A stretch of DNA of 64,000 nucleotides. It comes from Treponemataceae bacterium (lineage in GTDB: Bacteria > Spirochaetota > Spirochaetia > Treponematales > Rectinemataceae). The position numbers and the translations under genes are program-made. Location of the stretch: positions 224,001-288,000 of the forward strand of contig CAXXVZ010000005.1 in assembly GCA_963678065.2 (NCBI GenBank). Reading direction: 5' to 3'. Under the pieces are notes generated by a model, which saw only the letters and a program-made list of their open reading frames with translations, was not told the origin of the DNA and did no database searches. Every line of letters starts with the position of its first letter. Position 1 is the stretch's first letter. Below are positions 1 to 9,989 of this stretch, piece by piece.

Positions 1-441
1 CCCCTCCGCCATCGCCTTTTCGAAATGCCGCAGGCCACCCAGTTTCAGGACCTTCTCCCAGCGCTCGGCGCTGAGCGCGTGAAAGAGGTAGAAGTCGATG
101 TAGTCTGTCTTGAGGCGGGCGAGCTGCTCATCGAGAAACCGGTCCCAATCACCCTCTTCCTTCACGTGCCAGGTGGGGCATTTGGTCGCAATCTTGACAC
201 GGTCGCGCAGGCCGCGCTTCGCGAGGAAATCGCCGAGGAAGGACTCGCTTTTCCCTCCGTGGTAGACATAGGCTGTGTCGAAGTAGTTGACGCCGGCCTC
301 GACGGCGGCGAGAAGCATCCTTTCAGCGGCGGGACCGTCGATGTCTGCCGGGTTGTTCCCGATAATGGGCAGGCGCATGCAACCCATGCCGAGAGCGCTG
401 ATCTCTTCGTCTTCGATCCGGGGAAAGTGTCTGTACTGCAT
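1..441 (-). CDS. Aldo/keto reductase (5' part; runs off the window)
   Basis: Hand translation from ATG 441: MQYRHFPRIEDEEISALGMGCMRLP...GVNYFDTAYVYHGGKSE...IATK...LKTDYIDFYLFH, typical AKR motifs. Not in the ORF track because it has no stop inside the window. Confidence 0.85.
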   Translation of the reverse strand, partial: MQYRHFPRIEDEEISALGMGCMRLPIIGNNPADIDGPAAERMLLAAVEAGVNYFDTAYVYHGGKSESFLGDFLAKRGLRDRVKIATKCPTWHVKEEGDWDRFLDEQLARLKTDYIDFYLFHALSAERWEKVLKLGGLRHFEKAMAEG

Positions 442-540
442 GGCCGGCAGTATACCCATCCAGGGGCCGGCTGGTCGAGGGAGGAGGCGTCTATGGTTTG
501 ACGCTTCGCGACAGCCCGTTCCGGAACGACGCGACGATGA

Positions 541-1290
541 TCAGCGGGTCGCCCTGATGAAGGCCGCCACCCCATCGTGATCGCCTGCCCCACGCGCAGG
601 ATCGCCGAGGATGGTGTTGCCGAGATCCACGAATGAGGCGACCACATAGCCGGCGGAGACGACCATGCCGCGGACGAAGGCGTCCCGGGCCCTGTTCATG
701 GATTCATAGGCATGGGGCACTTTCCGGCCGAGCTCGATCCCTTCTCTGCTGAAGGCACCCGCGAAGAGCCAGCCCCCCGGCAGTCTGTGGGGTCCGAATA
801 TGCGTCCGTGGTCGTTCGGCAGAATGAAGGGTTTGTCCGAAAAGCAATCGCCCGGTCCGCGGGGCAGTTCAGGATACACGAAACCCGCGATGATGCCCCC
901 GTAACCGGACGAATGGCCGCTGCGCACCTCGAATCCCGCCGCTGTGCAAGCCGCGACGAGACGCGCCTCCGCTTCCCCCTCATTCGTGGCGATCGGGTCA
1001 AGTATCACCACATTGATCGGCTCGAGCACTTCCTTGCCATCCGCGGGCTGGCCGAGCCAGTTCGCCACCTTCCCAGCCGGAGAAATCATCCATTTGCCGA
1101 TCGGAGGCAGGAAACCGGGTGGATCGATTGTTTCGAGTGCCTGCCCGGAGGGGGTGGGAAGCGGGTACTCGGCGGGCGTCGGCCTGGGAGAAGAGGATCG
1201 GGGCAGGAACGCGACGAGAATAACCGCAGAGAGGAGAACTATGGCGGCCGCGATGAGTACAAAATAATGTCGTCCGGGAATTCCCCGCAT
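541..1290 (-). CDS. Membrane-anchored exported protein, possibly LssY C-terminal-like domain
   Basis: N-terminal TM helix and Pro-rich linker, then EPINV...HGRIFG...GAFSRE...HAYES..RARD...GDHDG, a pattern reminiscent of LssY_C. Confidence 0.45.
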   Translation of the reverse strand: MRGIPGRHYFVLIAAAIVLLSAVILVAFLPRSSSPRPTPAEYPLPTPSGQALETIDPPGFLPPIGKWMISPAGKVANWLGQPADGKEVLEPINVVILDPIATNEGEAEARLVAACTAAGFEVRSGHSSGYGGIIAGFVYPELPRGPGDCFSDKPFILPNDHGRIFGPHRLPGGWLFAGAFSREGIELGRKVPHAYESMNRARDAFVRGMVVSAGYVVASFVDLGNTILGDPARGAGDHDGVAAFIRATR

Positions 1291-1408
1291 GACGTCACTG
1301 TATCATGGCCGACCCTGCCTCACAAGCTTTTCCGTTTCCGGATTCTTCGACACCTGAGGAAGGAGTCAGAGCTGTTCGGGCCCGGAGCGGTTGAGAATGA
1401 TTTTTTTC

Positions 1409-1468
1409 TTGACAGTTCACAAAATCGCGCATAGTGTTAACGCTACGTTAACACTATCTTAGCATTAT
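1409..1468 (+). promoter_or_regulatory. Sigma70 promoter with overlapping operator
   Basis: TTGACA 1409-1414, 17 bp, TAGTGT 1432-1437. Perfect inverted repeat ATAGTGTTAACG-cta-CGTTAACACTAT 1431-1457. TTAAC/TTAGC units at an 11-bp period. Confidence 0.65.
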
Positions 1469-1479
1469 GGAGGCAAATC

Positions 1480-2586
1480 ATGAAAAGAGTGACATTACTG
1501 ACGACGCTCGCCGTCCTTGCTGCCCTGACCGTCTCCGCCCAAGCCGGTACGGCGAAGCAGATGACCCGCGCGGAGCTCGCCGCCGCAGCCAAGGCCGAGG
1601 GCAAGGTCGTCGTCTATTCGATAACGTCCCGCATCGCCAACGCCGCGACGGACTTCGAGAAGACCTACGGGATCAAGGTCGAGGCCTCGAACCTGAAAGA
1701 CGGCGAACTCATCGAGAAGGTGACCAAGGAAGTCGGCGGCGGCATCGCCGGGGCCGATTTCGTCATCTGCCAGGACTCCGGACGAGTGTTCGGCCAGCTC
1801 ATCGCCCCCGGATACCTCGTCAACTACATGCCCGAGTCGCTCAAGTCGGTAATACCCGCCAACTATCAGAATCCCCTGACCTTCCAGCTCATCAACAAGG
1901 TCTTCATCTTCAACGACGAGAAGACCCAGGACCCCGTCATCAAGAACGTCTGGGAAGTGACCGAGCCCAAGTGGAAGGGCCGCATACAGTTCAAAGATCC
2001 CAAGTCCGAGGGCGTCAACGCCAACTTCCTCACCATGCTCACTTCGCCCGAGTGGAGCGCCAGGCTCAACAAAGCCTACGAGGAGCTGTACGGAAAAAAA
2101 CTCGTGTTGACGACGAAAAATGCCGGCTACGAGTGGATCAAACGCTTCTTCCAGAACGGTCTCGTGCTCGGCAACAGCGACACCACGATCTCCGAGAACA
2201 TCGGAATCAAGGGTCAGCCTGTCACGACAATGGGCCTCTTCGTCTACTCCAAGACCCGCTTCGACGCGAAGAAGAACCTGACCCTCAAGGCCATGACCGA
2301 GGTCGTCCCCTTCTCCGGCTTCCTGTACCCTGCCTTCCTCCAGCTCACCAAAAACGCGAAGCACCCGAACGCCGCCAAGCTCTTCATCGAGTACCTCATG
2401 ACGAAGGAAGGTTTCGCCCCCTGGTCCAAGGATGTCGGCTCCTACTCGGCCAACCCCACCATCCCCGTCGATCCGGACGACAAGCCGGTCTCGTTCTGGA
2501 GCCCCCGCCTCGTCCACGAGGATCCCCAGTTCCTGTTCGAAAACAGGGCTGATGTCGAAGAATTCGTCAACAACATCTCCCAGTAA
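1480..2586 (+). CDS. ABC transporter substrate-binding protein (Fe3+/thiamine/sugar-phosphate, AfuA-like)
   Basis: Signal peptide; AKAEGKVVVYS, W..R.....DP, AKHPNAAKLFIEYLMTKEG; GGAGG RBS. Confidence 0.85.
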   Translation: MKRVTLLTTLAVLAALTVSAQAGTAKQMTRAELAAAAKAEGKVVVYSITSRIANAATDFEKTYGIKVEASNLKDGELIEKVTKEVGGGIAGADFVICQDSGRVFGQLIAPGYLVNYMPESLKSVIPANYQNPLTFQLINKVFIFNDEKTQDPVIKNVWEVTEPKWKGRIQFKDPKSEGVNANFLTMLTSPEWSARLNKAYEELYGKKLVLTTKNAGYEWIKRFFQNGLVLGNSDTTISENIGIKGQPVTTMGLFVYSKTRFDAKKNLTLKAMTEVVPFSGFLYPAFLQLTKNAKHPNAAKLFIEYLMTKEGFAPWSKDVGSYSANPTIPVDPDDKPVSFWSPRLVHEDPQFLFENRADVEEFVNNISQ

Positions 2587-2668
2587 ACCGCCGACGCGGT
2601 CGTCACAGGGTCCATCCCCGCGGCGACCGCGCCACCTGCCACACGCGCACCCGAAAAGGATGTACGAC

Positions 2669-4462
2669 ATGACCATCGCCAACCAGGCACGATCCTTCCT
2701 GCGCAAGCCGCACAACATCATACTCCTCGTCCTTGCGCTCGCGCTCTCCTTCCTGACCCTCTTCCCCCTCCTCTCGCTCGTGAAGGACACCTTCGTCGTG
2801 CACCCCTCCGAGCTCATGACGGTCAGAGGCTCGAAGGTCGGAGATGCCACGCTGTTCCACTGGAGGAAGGTTTTCCTGAGCGGATTGACGAGCGCGAACA
2901 TGTTCTACAAACCTCTGTGGAATACAGTGAAAGTGTCGCTCGGGAGCTGCCTGATCTCGATCCTGCTCGGTGGAAGCGTCGCCTGGCTCGTCGCCCGGAG
3001 CGACATGCGCTGGAAGTCCTTCATCTCCGTCGTCTTCATCTTCCCTTACATCATGCCTTCCTGGACGCTGGCCATGGCCTGGCTCAATTTCTTCCGCAAC
3101 AGGCTCATAGGCGGGGCTCCGGGGCTCTTCACCGCCATCACCGGAATCGGGACGGCCAACTGGTTCGCGTACGGGGCCTTCCCGATCACCGTTGTCCAGG
3201 GGCTGCACTACGCGCCCTTCGCCTACATTCTGATCGGTGGCATCCTGCGAAATATGGACGCCAACCTCGAGGAGGCGGCGACCATTCTCAAGGCGAGCCG
3301 CTTCAAAATACTGACGCGCATAACCATGCCGATCATCATGCCGGCGATCCTGTCGACCTTCCTCCTTGTCTTCTCGAGCTGCATGAGTTCCTTCGCGGTT
3401 CCGGCCTTCCTCGGTACGCCCGTACGATTCCAGGTCCTGACGACGCAGCTGTACCGGACCCTCAACGGACTCAATCCCGGATACGGCTACATCATGGCCT
3501 TCGTCATGATCCTCTTCGGTACTTCGATCCTGGCCGTCAACCAGCACTTCGTCGGCAAGCGAAAGTCCTTCACCACCGTGACGGGAAAGAGTTCGAACAT
3601 CGCGCTCGCGAGGCTGCGGGGATTCCGGACGCCGGTATCCGTTCTCATGATCACCTTCGTCGGGGCGATCGCTATCCTGCCCCTCGTCACCTTTGCTGTG
3701 GAATCCTTCATCATGGCGCCCGGAGACTATTCGATCGGAAACCTGACCACGCAATTCTGGGTCGGTCCCGGAAGCGAGGACGTGGGCGGCGGCGAACCCG
3801 GCATCCTCCTCAACAAGTACATCTACTTGGGCCTGTGGAACAGCGTGAAACTCTCCGTCGTCGTCGCGCTCGTGGCGGGAACGGTCGGAAGTCTCGCGGG
3901 TTATGCGATCGTGAAGGCGCGCGGCACGAGGCTCTCGGGATTCGTGAACAACCTCGCCTTCTTCCCCTATCTGATGCCCTCGATGGCATTCGGCGCCATC
4001 TATCTCTCGATGTTCTCCAGGCCGACCCTCTTCCTGCCATCCCTGTACGGCACCTTCGCGCTCCTCGTCATCGTCGGATCGGTCAAATACCTGCCCTTCG
4101 CGTCGCGGGCCGGCGTGAACGCCATGCTCCAGCTCAGCAATGAAATCGAAGAGGCAGGTATCATACTCGGAATCCCTTGGCACAAGCGCATGACGCGCAT
4201 CATCTTTCCCATCCAGAAGGCGAGTTTCCTCTCCGGATACCTTCTGCCCTTCATCTCCTGCATGCGCGAGCTCGCGCTGTTCGTCATCCTCATCGTCCCC
4301 GCCAACAGGATACTCACGTCCATGCTCTTCCAGTACAACGAGAAGGGCTGGAGCCAGTACGCGAACGCCATCAATCTGCTCATCGTCCTGATCGTGCTCA
4401 TCTTCAATACGGTCATCAACAAGGTCACCGGAGCCTCGATCGACAAGGGAATCGGAGGATAA
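2669..4462 (+). CDS. ABC transporter permease, duplicated (FbpB/AfuB type)
   Basis: About 12 TM segments; two EAA loops (LEEAATILKA, IEEAGIILG); AAGGA RBS before ATG 2669. Confidence 0.9.
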   Translation: MTIANQARSFLRKPHNIILLVLALALSFLTLFPLLSLVKDTFVVHPSELMTVRGSKVGDATLFHWRKVFLSGLTSANMFYKPLWNTVKVSLGSCLISILLGGSVAWLVARSDMRWKSFISVVFIFPYIMPSWTLAMAWLNFFRNRLIGGAPGLFTAITGIGTANWFAYGAFPITVVQGLHYAPFAYILIGGILRNMDANLEEAATILKASRFKILTRITMPIIMPAILSTFLLVFSSCMSSFAVPAFLGTPVRFQVLTTQLYRTLNGLNPGYGYIMAFVMILFGTSILAVNQHFVGKRKSFTTVTGKSSNIALARLRGFRTPVSVLMITFVGAIAILPLVTFAVESFIMAPGDYSIGNLTTQFWVGPGSEDVGGGEPGILLNKYIYLGLWNSVKLSVVVALVAGTVGSLAGYAIVKARGTRLSGFVNNLAFFPYLMPSMAFGAIYLSMFSRPTLFLPSLYGTFALLVIVGSVKYLPFASRAGVNAMLQLSNEIEEAGIILGIPWHKRMTRIIFPIQKASFLSGYLLPFISCMRELALFVILIVPANRILTSMLFQYNEKGWSQYANAINLLIVLIVLIFNTVINKVTGASIDKGIGG

Positions 4463-4463
4463 G

Positions 4464-5582
4464 ATGCCCGAAATACTGCTCAAAAATGTCACCAAGAAAT
4501 TCGGGAAATTCATCGCGGTCGACCGGCTCGATCTCACGATCGCCGACGGCGATTTCGTCACTCTCCTCGGGCCATCGGGCTGCGGCAAGACGACGACGCT
4601 GCGCATGATCGCGGGCCTTGAGAGTCCCACCGAAGGCGAAATCCTCATCGGCGGGAAGACAGTCTTCTCCTCGGAGAGCGGCATCGACGTCCCGCCGGAC
4701 AAGCGCGATGTGGGATTCCTCTTCCAGAACTACGCGCTCTGGCCTCACATGACGGTGGAGCAGAACATCTCCTTCGGACTCGAGAATCTCAAGTGGGAGA
4801 AAAGCCGGATACGGAATCGGGTAACCGAGCTCCTCGCGATGCTCAAGATAGCCGAGTTCGGCGCGCGCTACCCGAGCGAACTTTCCGGCGGCCAACAGCA
4901 GCGCGTGGCGATAGCGCGCACGCTCGCGACAGGGCCCAAGGTACTCTTCATGGACGAGCCTCTCTCCAACCTCGACGCGAAACTGCGCACCGAAATGCGG
5001 ACCGAGCTCAAGCGGCTGCACATGGAGACGGACTCGACCTTCGTCTATGTCACGCACGATCAGCTCGAAGCGATGACTCTGTCCACGAAGACCTGCCTCA
5101 TGAAAGAGGGCCTTCTCCAGCAGTACGCGCCGCCTCTCAATGTCTACCACAATCCCGCCAATATATTCGTGGCGGACTTCGTGGGAAGTCCGACCATCAA
5201 TTTCGTCGAAGGTGCGGGGCGCAATGTGAATCTGGACGAGATCAAGATCGTCGTGAACGGCATGAACCTCATTTTCACGCCTGTCTCCGGCAGCATCACG
5301 CTGCGCGACGATCAGAGAATCGTGCTCGGCATACGGCCGGAATATGTCAGGATCGGCGGAAACGGCAGACTCCCCGCGCGCGTCTACTCGACACTGCCCT
5401 CGGGCATGGAGACAATCGTGAAGGTATCCGTCGGCGGCGAACTTTTGACTTCGGTCATTTTCGGCGCCATCGACTTCGCCGTGGATGAGGAGGTGAGCAT
5501 CGATTTCGTCGGGGACGGCTGCATCGTCTTCGACAAAGAAACCGGCGCGAACCTCGCCATCGGCAGACTCGGCGTCATCTGA
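4464..5582 (+). CDS. ABC transporter ATP-binding protein
   Basis: GPSGCGKTT, LSGGQQQRVA, MDEPLSNLD, VTHDQ, TOBE-like tail. Confidence 0.95.
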   Translation: MPEILLKNVTKKFGKFIAVDRLDLTIADGDFVTLLGPSGCGKTTTLRMIAGLESPTEGEILIGGKTVFSSESGIDVPPDKRDVGFLFQNYALWPHMTVEQNISFGLENLKWEKSRIRNRVTELLAMLKIAEFGARYPSELSGGQQQRVAIARTLATGPKVLFMDEPLSNLDAKLRTEMRTELKRLHMETDSTFVYVTHDQLEAMTLSTKTCLMKEGLLQQYAPPLNVYHNPANIFVADFVGSPTINFVEGAGRNVNLDEIKIVVNGMNLIFTPVSGSITLRDDQRIVLGIRPEYVRIGGNGRLPARVYSTLPSGMETIVKVSVGGELLTSVIFGAIDFAVDEEVSIDFVGDGCIVFDKETGANLAIGRLGVI

Positions 5583-5595
5583 AGGAGTCGCGACA

Positions 5596-6297
5596 ATGGG
5601 CTTAAGGCGGAAAATACTGGTGGTCGACGACGAGCCACACATCGTCGAACTCCTCGTCATGAACCTCCGGCAGAATGGCTATGATTACTGTACAGCCGGC
5701 GATGGCCCCGGAGCGATCGCGAAGGCGGTCGCCGAAAAGCCGGATCTAGTCCTCCTCGACCTGATGCTACCCGGTATGAGCGGCCTGGAAGTCTGCCGAC
5801 TGCTCAGGCAGGACTCCCGTACGACGCGGGTTCCCGTCATCATGTTGACGGCGAAGAGCGAGGAGAGCGACAAAGTCATCGGCCTCGGGATCGGCGCCGA
5901 CGATTATGTCACCAAACCTTTCGGACTGCGGGAGCTTCTCGCGCGCATCGAGGTGGCGCTCAGGCACAGTTCGACTGCGCAGACCCCGGGAGAAAACACC
6001 CTACTCCGCGCGGCCGACATCGAGATCGACGAGGCCGGCCACGAGGTCAGGCGCGGAGGCGAAAGGATTCCGCTCTCGCCCACGGAGTTCGCTCTTCTCG
6101 CGCTCATGGCGCGAAATGCCGGCAAGGCTCTGAAACGTTCCCGGATCATCCAGGAGCTCGAACTGGCGGGGGCCTCGGAAGAGGCGCGGGCGCTCGACGT
6201 GCATGTGCGGAATCTCAGGAAGAAACTGGGAATGCGCCCCGACGGGGGAGCATACGTGGAGACCGTGCGCGGTGTCGGCTACAAATGCGATGGATAG
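5596..6297 (+). CDS. OmpR/PhoB-family response regulator
   Basis: ILVVDDE, LLDLMLP, GADDYVTKPF, winged-helix C-terminus VETVRGVGY. Confidence 0.95.
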   Translation: MGLRRKILVVDDEPHIVELLVMNLRQNGYDYCTAGDGPGAIAKAVAEKPDLVLLDLMLPGMSGLEVCRLLRQDSRTTRVPVIMLTAKSEESDKVIGLGIGADDYVTKPFGLRELLARIEVALRHSSTAQTPGENTLLRAADIEIDEAGHEVRRGGERIPLSPTEFALLALMARNAGKALKRSRIIQELELAGASEEARALDVHVRNLRKKLGMRPDGGAYVETVRGVGYKCDG

Positions 6298-7627
6298 GTT
6301 ATTCGGCATCATCGGGCTGATCAACGCTGCATCCGGCGCGGGTGAAACGACGGTGGATGCAGCCGCGCTCCGGGATCTCCTCACTGCGCTCTCGGTCGAG
6401 TCGGCGCTCGTCGTAGTGTCTATCGTCGCCGCAATCGTGATCATTACACGGATTTCCGGGAGAAGGAGGGCGATCCGCGAGAACCATGAGACTGCGGGCT
6501 TCCGGGGCAATCAGGAAGATACCACAGGCCGCGACAAAATCCGGAAGCAGCTCGACGAGATGATCCTGAAAACGAACGAGCGCAACAATTACATCAATTC
6601 CATCTTCTCCTCGATAGAGGACGGGTTCATGCTCGTCGACGCGAAGAACGATATAGCCTTGTACAATCCCAAGGCTCAATTCCTGCTCGGAATCGGCCCC
6701 GGAGTTTTTTTCGGCTCTCCCTGCAAAGATGGCACGTATACCGGCGCAGTGTCAGCCATCCTGGATGCATGCGGATCGGTCACGCGCACGAGAATCGCGC
6801 GGCAACTGCAGCTCGATTCGTCTTCAGGCGCCATTCTCGATGTTCGTGTCGTGCCCGTCACGAACAAATACCGGAACGCCGAAAACCTCGGATCGCTGGC
6901 CATCGTGAAGGATGTGACGGAAATCAGGAAAATGGAAAACCTGAAAAAGGACTTCGTCGCGACCGTGTCACACGAATTCCGCACGCCCCTGACGCTCATT
7001 TCTGGCTTCATGGAAATGTTCAGAATGCAGAAAGATATCGATCCCGCAGACAGGAAGCGGGCTTTCGAAATTGTAGGGATAGAAACGGAGCGGCTCAAAA
7101 GACTTGTCTCCGAGCTGCTCACGCTTTCGGAAATCGAGAACTCGCTTCCGCGAAACGCCGCGGACAGGATCGGCGTGAAGGAGGCGATCGAAACGATCGC
7201 GGCCTCGCTCGGAACCCTGGCACGGAAGAAGGGGCAGAACTTCTCCGTACACGTCGATCCGGGCGCAGGAACTCTCAGGGGTAACGGAGACTGGTTCCAT
7301 CAGGCTGTCAGGAACCTCGTCGAGAACGCGATTAAATACACTCAGAAGGGCGGTTCCATCGCGCTCGACGCAGGGCGCGACGGAGGAGAACTGGTGATAG
7401 CGGTGTCCGACACGGGAATCGGGATAGCGCAGGATGAACTCGACAGGATTTTCGAGCGCTTCTATCGCGTGGAGAAGTCGCGCGGCTCGGGCTCGGGCGG
7501 AAGCGGATTGGGCCTCGCTCTCGTGAAGGACATCGCGACTATTTTCGGCGGCAGCGTGACTGTCTCAAGCGAAGTCGGCAAGGGTTCCATCTTCACGCTA
7601 CGCTTTCCGGCGGACGCCCCTGATTGA
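6290..7627 (+). CDS. PhoR-like sensor histidine kinase
   Basis: TM, PAS-like region, VSHEFRTPLT H-box, NLVENAIKY, DTGIGI, FERFYRV, GSGLGL. Start overlaps the regulator's 3' end. Confidence 0.92.
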   Translation: MDRLFGIIGLINAASGAGETTVDAAALRDLLTALSVESALVVVSIVAAIVIITRISGRRRAIRENHETAGFRGNQEDTTGRDKIRKQLDEMILKTNERNNYINSIFSSIEDGFMLVDAKNDIALYNPKAQFLLGIGPGVFFGSPCKDGTYTGAVSAILDACGSVTRTRIARQLQLDSSSGAILDVRVVPVTNKYRNAENLGSLAIVKDVTEIRKMENLKKDFVATVSHEFRTPLTLISGFMEMFRMQKDIDPADRKRAFEIVGIETERLKRLVSELLTLSEIENSLPRNAADRIGVKEAIETIAASLGTLARKKGQNFSVHVDPGAGTLRGNGDWFHQAVRNLVENAIKYTQKGGSIALDAGRDGGELVIAVSDTGIGIAQDELDRIFERFYRVEKSRGSGSGGSGLGLALVKDIATIFGGSVTVSSEVGKGSIFTLRFPADAPD

Positions 7628-7680
7628 AGGCCGATGCTTACTGCCGGAAATCGATCCGGAGATTATGATACGGAGGAACA

Positions 7681-8586
7681 GTGCACACGGAGAACAGCGA
7701 CGCGAAGGTCGTCGTACTGATAGCGGGATACCGTTTTGCGGGGAAGAGCCTCGTACTGCAGCACCTCGAACAGGCGGGATTCGCCTGTGTGGACAATCTG
7801 CCGCCAGGCATGGTTTTCGGATATCTTTCCCACCGTAGGGCGGGGGATTCGGGAAGAGTCGGGCGAGTGGCTGTAGCCCTCGACATAGCCGACAGCGACG
7901 AAGCGGAATCCATGCAGGGAATCCGCGAGAGGATAGCGGAAACAGGCTGCACGTGCAGGATAGTCTTCATCGAAGCTGGCGAGACCGCGCTTGCCGAACG
8001 CGCTTCGGTCTCGCGGGTTCCGGAATCGGGCGACCGCGGCGATGGCGCGGAGAGCGTGGCTTGTTCGATGCGCGATGCCGAGAGGGCGCGACTCGCGCGA
8101 GTCCGTGCCGCCGCCGACCTCGTCCTCGACAGTTCCTACGCATCGCCCGCAGAAGAGCGGGACAACATAATTGCCCTCGCCGAAGGGAAAAGGCGGCAGG
8201 TCCGCACAGTCGTCGAGGTCTCGTCTTTCGGCTACAAGTTCGGCGCGCCAGCAGGCGACATCGTCGTCGACGTCAGGTTCATTCCGAATCCTTACTATGT
8301 CGCAACGCTGCGCCCTCTCACAGGAAAAGACAAGGACTGCTCGGACTACGTTCTCAGCAATGAAAACGCGAAGTTCGCCCTGGATGCCCTGATACGACTC
8401 GCGAGAGCCATGCAGAGCGCCTATGCGCTCCAGGGCCGCCCGGCGCTCCGGATCAGGATCGGCTGCACGGGCGGGCGACACCGTTCGGTCGCCATGGTCG
8501 AGGCGCTCGGCGCGACCCTCGCCAAGGGCAACATCGATACGCACATCGTCCACCGCGATCTCGCACAGACGGGCCACAGGATCTGA
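7681..8586 (+). CDS. rapZ: RapZ/YvcJ-family P-loop protein (divergent)
   Basis: GYRFAGKS, CVDNLP, SFGYKFG, DVRFIPNPYY, IGCTGGRHRSV, HRDL. Confidence 0.85.
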   Translation: MHTENSDAKVVVLIAGYRFAGKSLVLQHLEQAGFACVDNLPPGMVFGYLSHRRAGDSGRVGRVAVALDIADSDEAESMQGIRERIAETGCTCRIVFIEAGETALAERASVSRVPESGDRGDGAESVACSMRDAERARLARVRAAADLVLDSSYASPAEERDNIIALAEGKRRQVRTVVEVSSFGYKFGAPAGDIVVDVRFIPNPYYVATLRPLTGKDKDCSDYVLSNENAKFALDALIRLARAMQSAYALQGRPALRIRIGCTGGRHRSVAMVEALGATLAKGNIDTHIVHRDLAQTGHRI

Positions 8587-8750
8587 CGGAACCGGAAACC
8601 ATCACTATGTTTCGGGGCTTTGCACCGTTTCGGGAACTTCAGGCACCCACCCTGCTGGCGATCCGATGTCCGGGCATCCCTAATCCAATGAGTAAGCCTT
8701 TCCTGGACTCACGCCGGGACCGAGGTAAGCGAGGCTAATCCAGCCTGAGG

Positions 8751-9989
8751 TCACCCCTGGCGCAGGAGTTTTTTTCGCAAAGTCTCCGAGCTGGCCATCA
8801 GAAGAAAAATGTAAGCCAAAAGGAAAAACGGAAGGAGGGACAGCGAACTTGCCGACGCGATAAATCCGAAGGTCGGTGGCAGGAGGGTCGAGCCGACGTA
8901 GGCCACGGCCATCTGAAAGCCCATGATCGCCTGGGAATTGGCCGCGCCGAAGCGATCCGGTGTTTCGTGGAGCATGCATGGGTAGATCGGCGCGCAGCCA
9001 AACCCCACCAGAAGGAAACCTGCCAGTGTAAAAAACAAAGGCGCTGGGGCGAGCATGAGTCCGACGCCGACCAGGATAACGATGCCGCCCGCCCTGATCA
9101 GGTTCTTGTTCGAGACATGAAAAGTGATGAATCCCGTGAGAAAACGGCCCAGAGTGATGCAGGCGTAGAACAGCGAGACGAAGGTGGCGGCCGTGGCCGG
9201 ACCAAGGCCTTTGGTTTTGACAAGGTAGCTGCCGCCCCAGAGCCCCATGGTGGCCTCAATGCCGCAATAAAAGAAAAAGGCGACGAGGGCGAGTTTAGCG
9301 CCCCGGAGTTTCAGGGGGAAAAAGAGACTTATGTGCCCGCCGCTTTCGGCTTCGACGCGGGTTTTGGCCCGGGTTGATCCATCGGGCGCGACGCCCGGTG
9401 AGGCAGTCCCCTCTGGCGCTGCCTCACCGGATACACGATGCCGGACCTTGTCCCAGAGCGGCACCGAGAGAAAGAGGCCAGAAACCAGGACAACCTGAAC
9501 CACGGCGATGCAGAGGTAGCCACTTCGCCAGCTCCCTCCCCTGCCCAGAATCCATGAAAGGAGAAGGGGACCGGAGAGCGCGCCGACGCCCCAGAAACTG
9601 TGGAGCCAGCTCATGTGCCGGGATTCGTAGTGCTCTGCGACGAAGGCGTTGAGCCCCGAGTCGACGGAACCCGCGCCCAGTCCGAGAGGAACGGCGGCGG
9701 CCAGAAGCCACCAGAACGAGGGAGCCAGGGAAAAACCGAAAAGGGCGAGAGCTGTAAGACCGACACTGAAGGCAGTGACCCGCCCCGTCCCGAAGCGTTT
9801 CAGAATCCGACTGCTGAAAACACTCGAGAGGATGGTCCCGCCCGAAATGATCATGGAGGCGAGGCCCGCGAATCCATACGTGACCCCGAACTCGGGCTGC
9901 ATGACAGGCCAGGCGCTCCCCAACAGAGCGTCGGGCAAGCCCAGGCTGATGAACGAGATGTAGATGATGATCAGAAGCATCGTGGCCAT
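8751..9989 (-). CDS. MFS transporter
   Basis: About 12 TM segments; FISLGLPDALLGSAWP, DSGLNAFVA...MSWLHSFWGVG. Confidence 0.9.
   Translation of the reverse strand: MATMLLIIIYISFISLGLPDALLGSAWPVMQPEFGVTYGFAGLASMIISGGTILSSVFSSRILKRFGTGRVTAFSVGLTALALFGFSLAPSFWWLLAAAVPLGLGAGSVDSGLNAFVAEHYESRHMSWLHSFWGVGALSGPLLLSWILGRGGSWRSGYLCIAVVQVVLVSGLFLSVPLWDKVRHRVSGEAAPEGTASPGVAPDGSTRAKTRVEAESGGHISLFFPLKLRGAKLALVAFFFYCGIEATMGLWGGSYLVKTKGLGPATAATFVSLFYACITLGRFLTGFITFHVSNKNLIRAGGIVILVGVGLMLAPAPLFFTLAGFLLVGFGCAPIYPCMLHETPDRFGAANSQAIMGFQMAVAYVGSTLLPPTFGFIASASSLSLLPFFLLAYIFLLMASSETLRKKLLRQG

Noticed and set aside
25..501. 158-aa + strand ORF and the many long overlapping ORFs in GC-rich regions (e.g. 2603-4702, 59037-61676)
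   Set aside because: Antisense or off-frame shadows of well-supported genes; expected at high GC and lacking recognisable motifs.
8587..8750. Short repeated words (GTTTCGGG, CTAATCCA) between rapZ and the MFS gene
   Set aside because: Too short and irregular to distinguish from chance.
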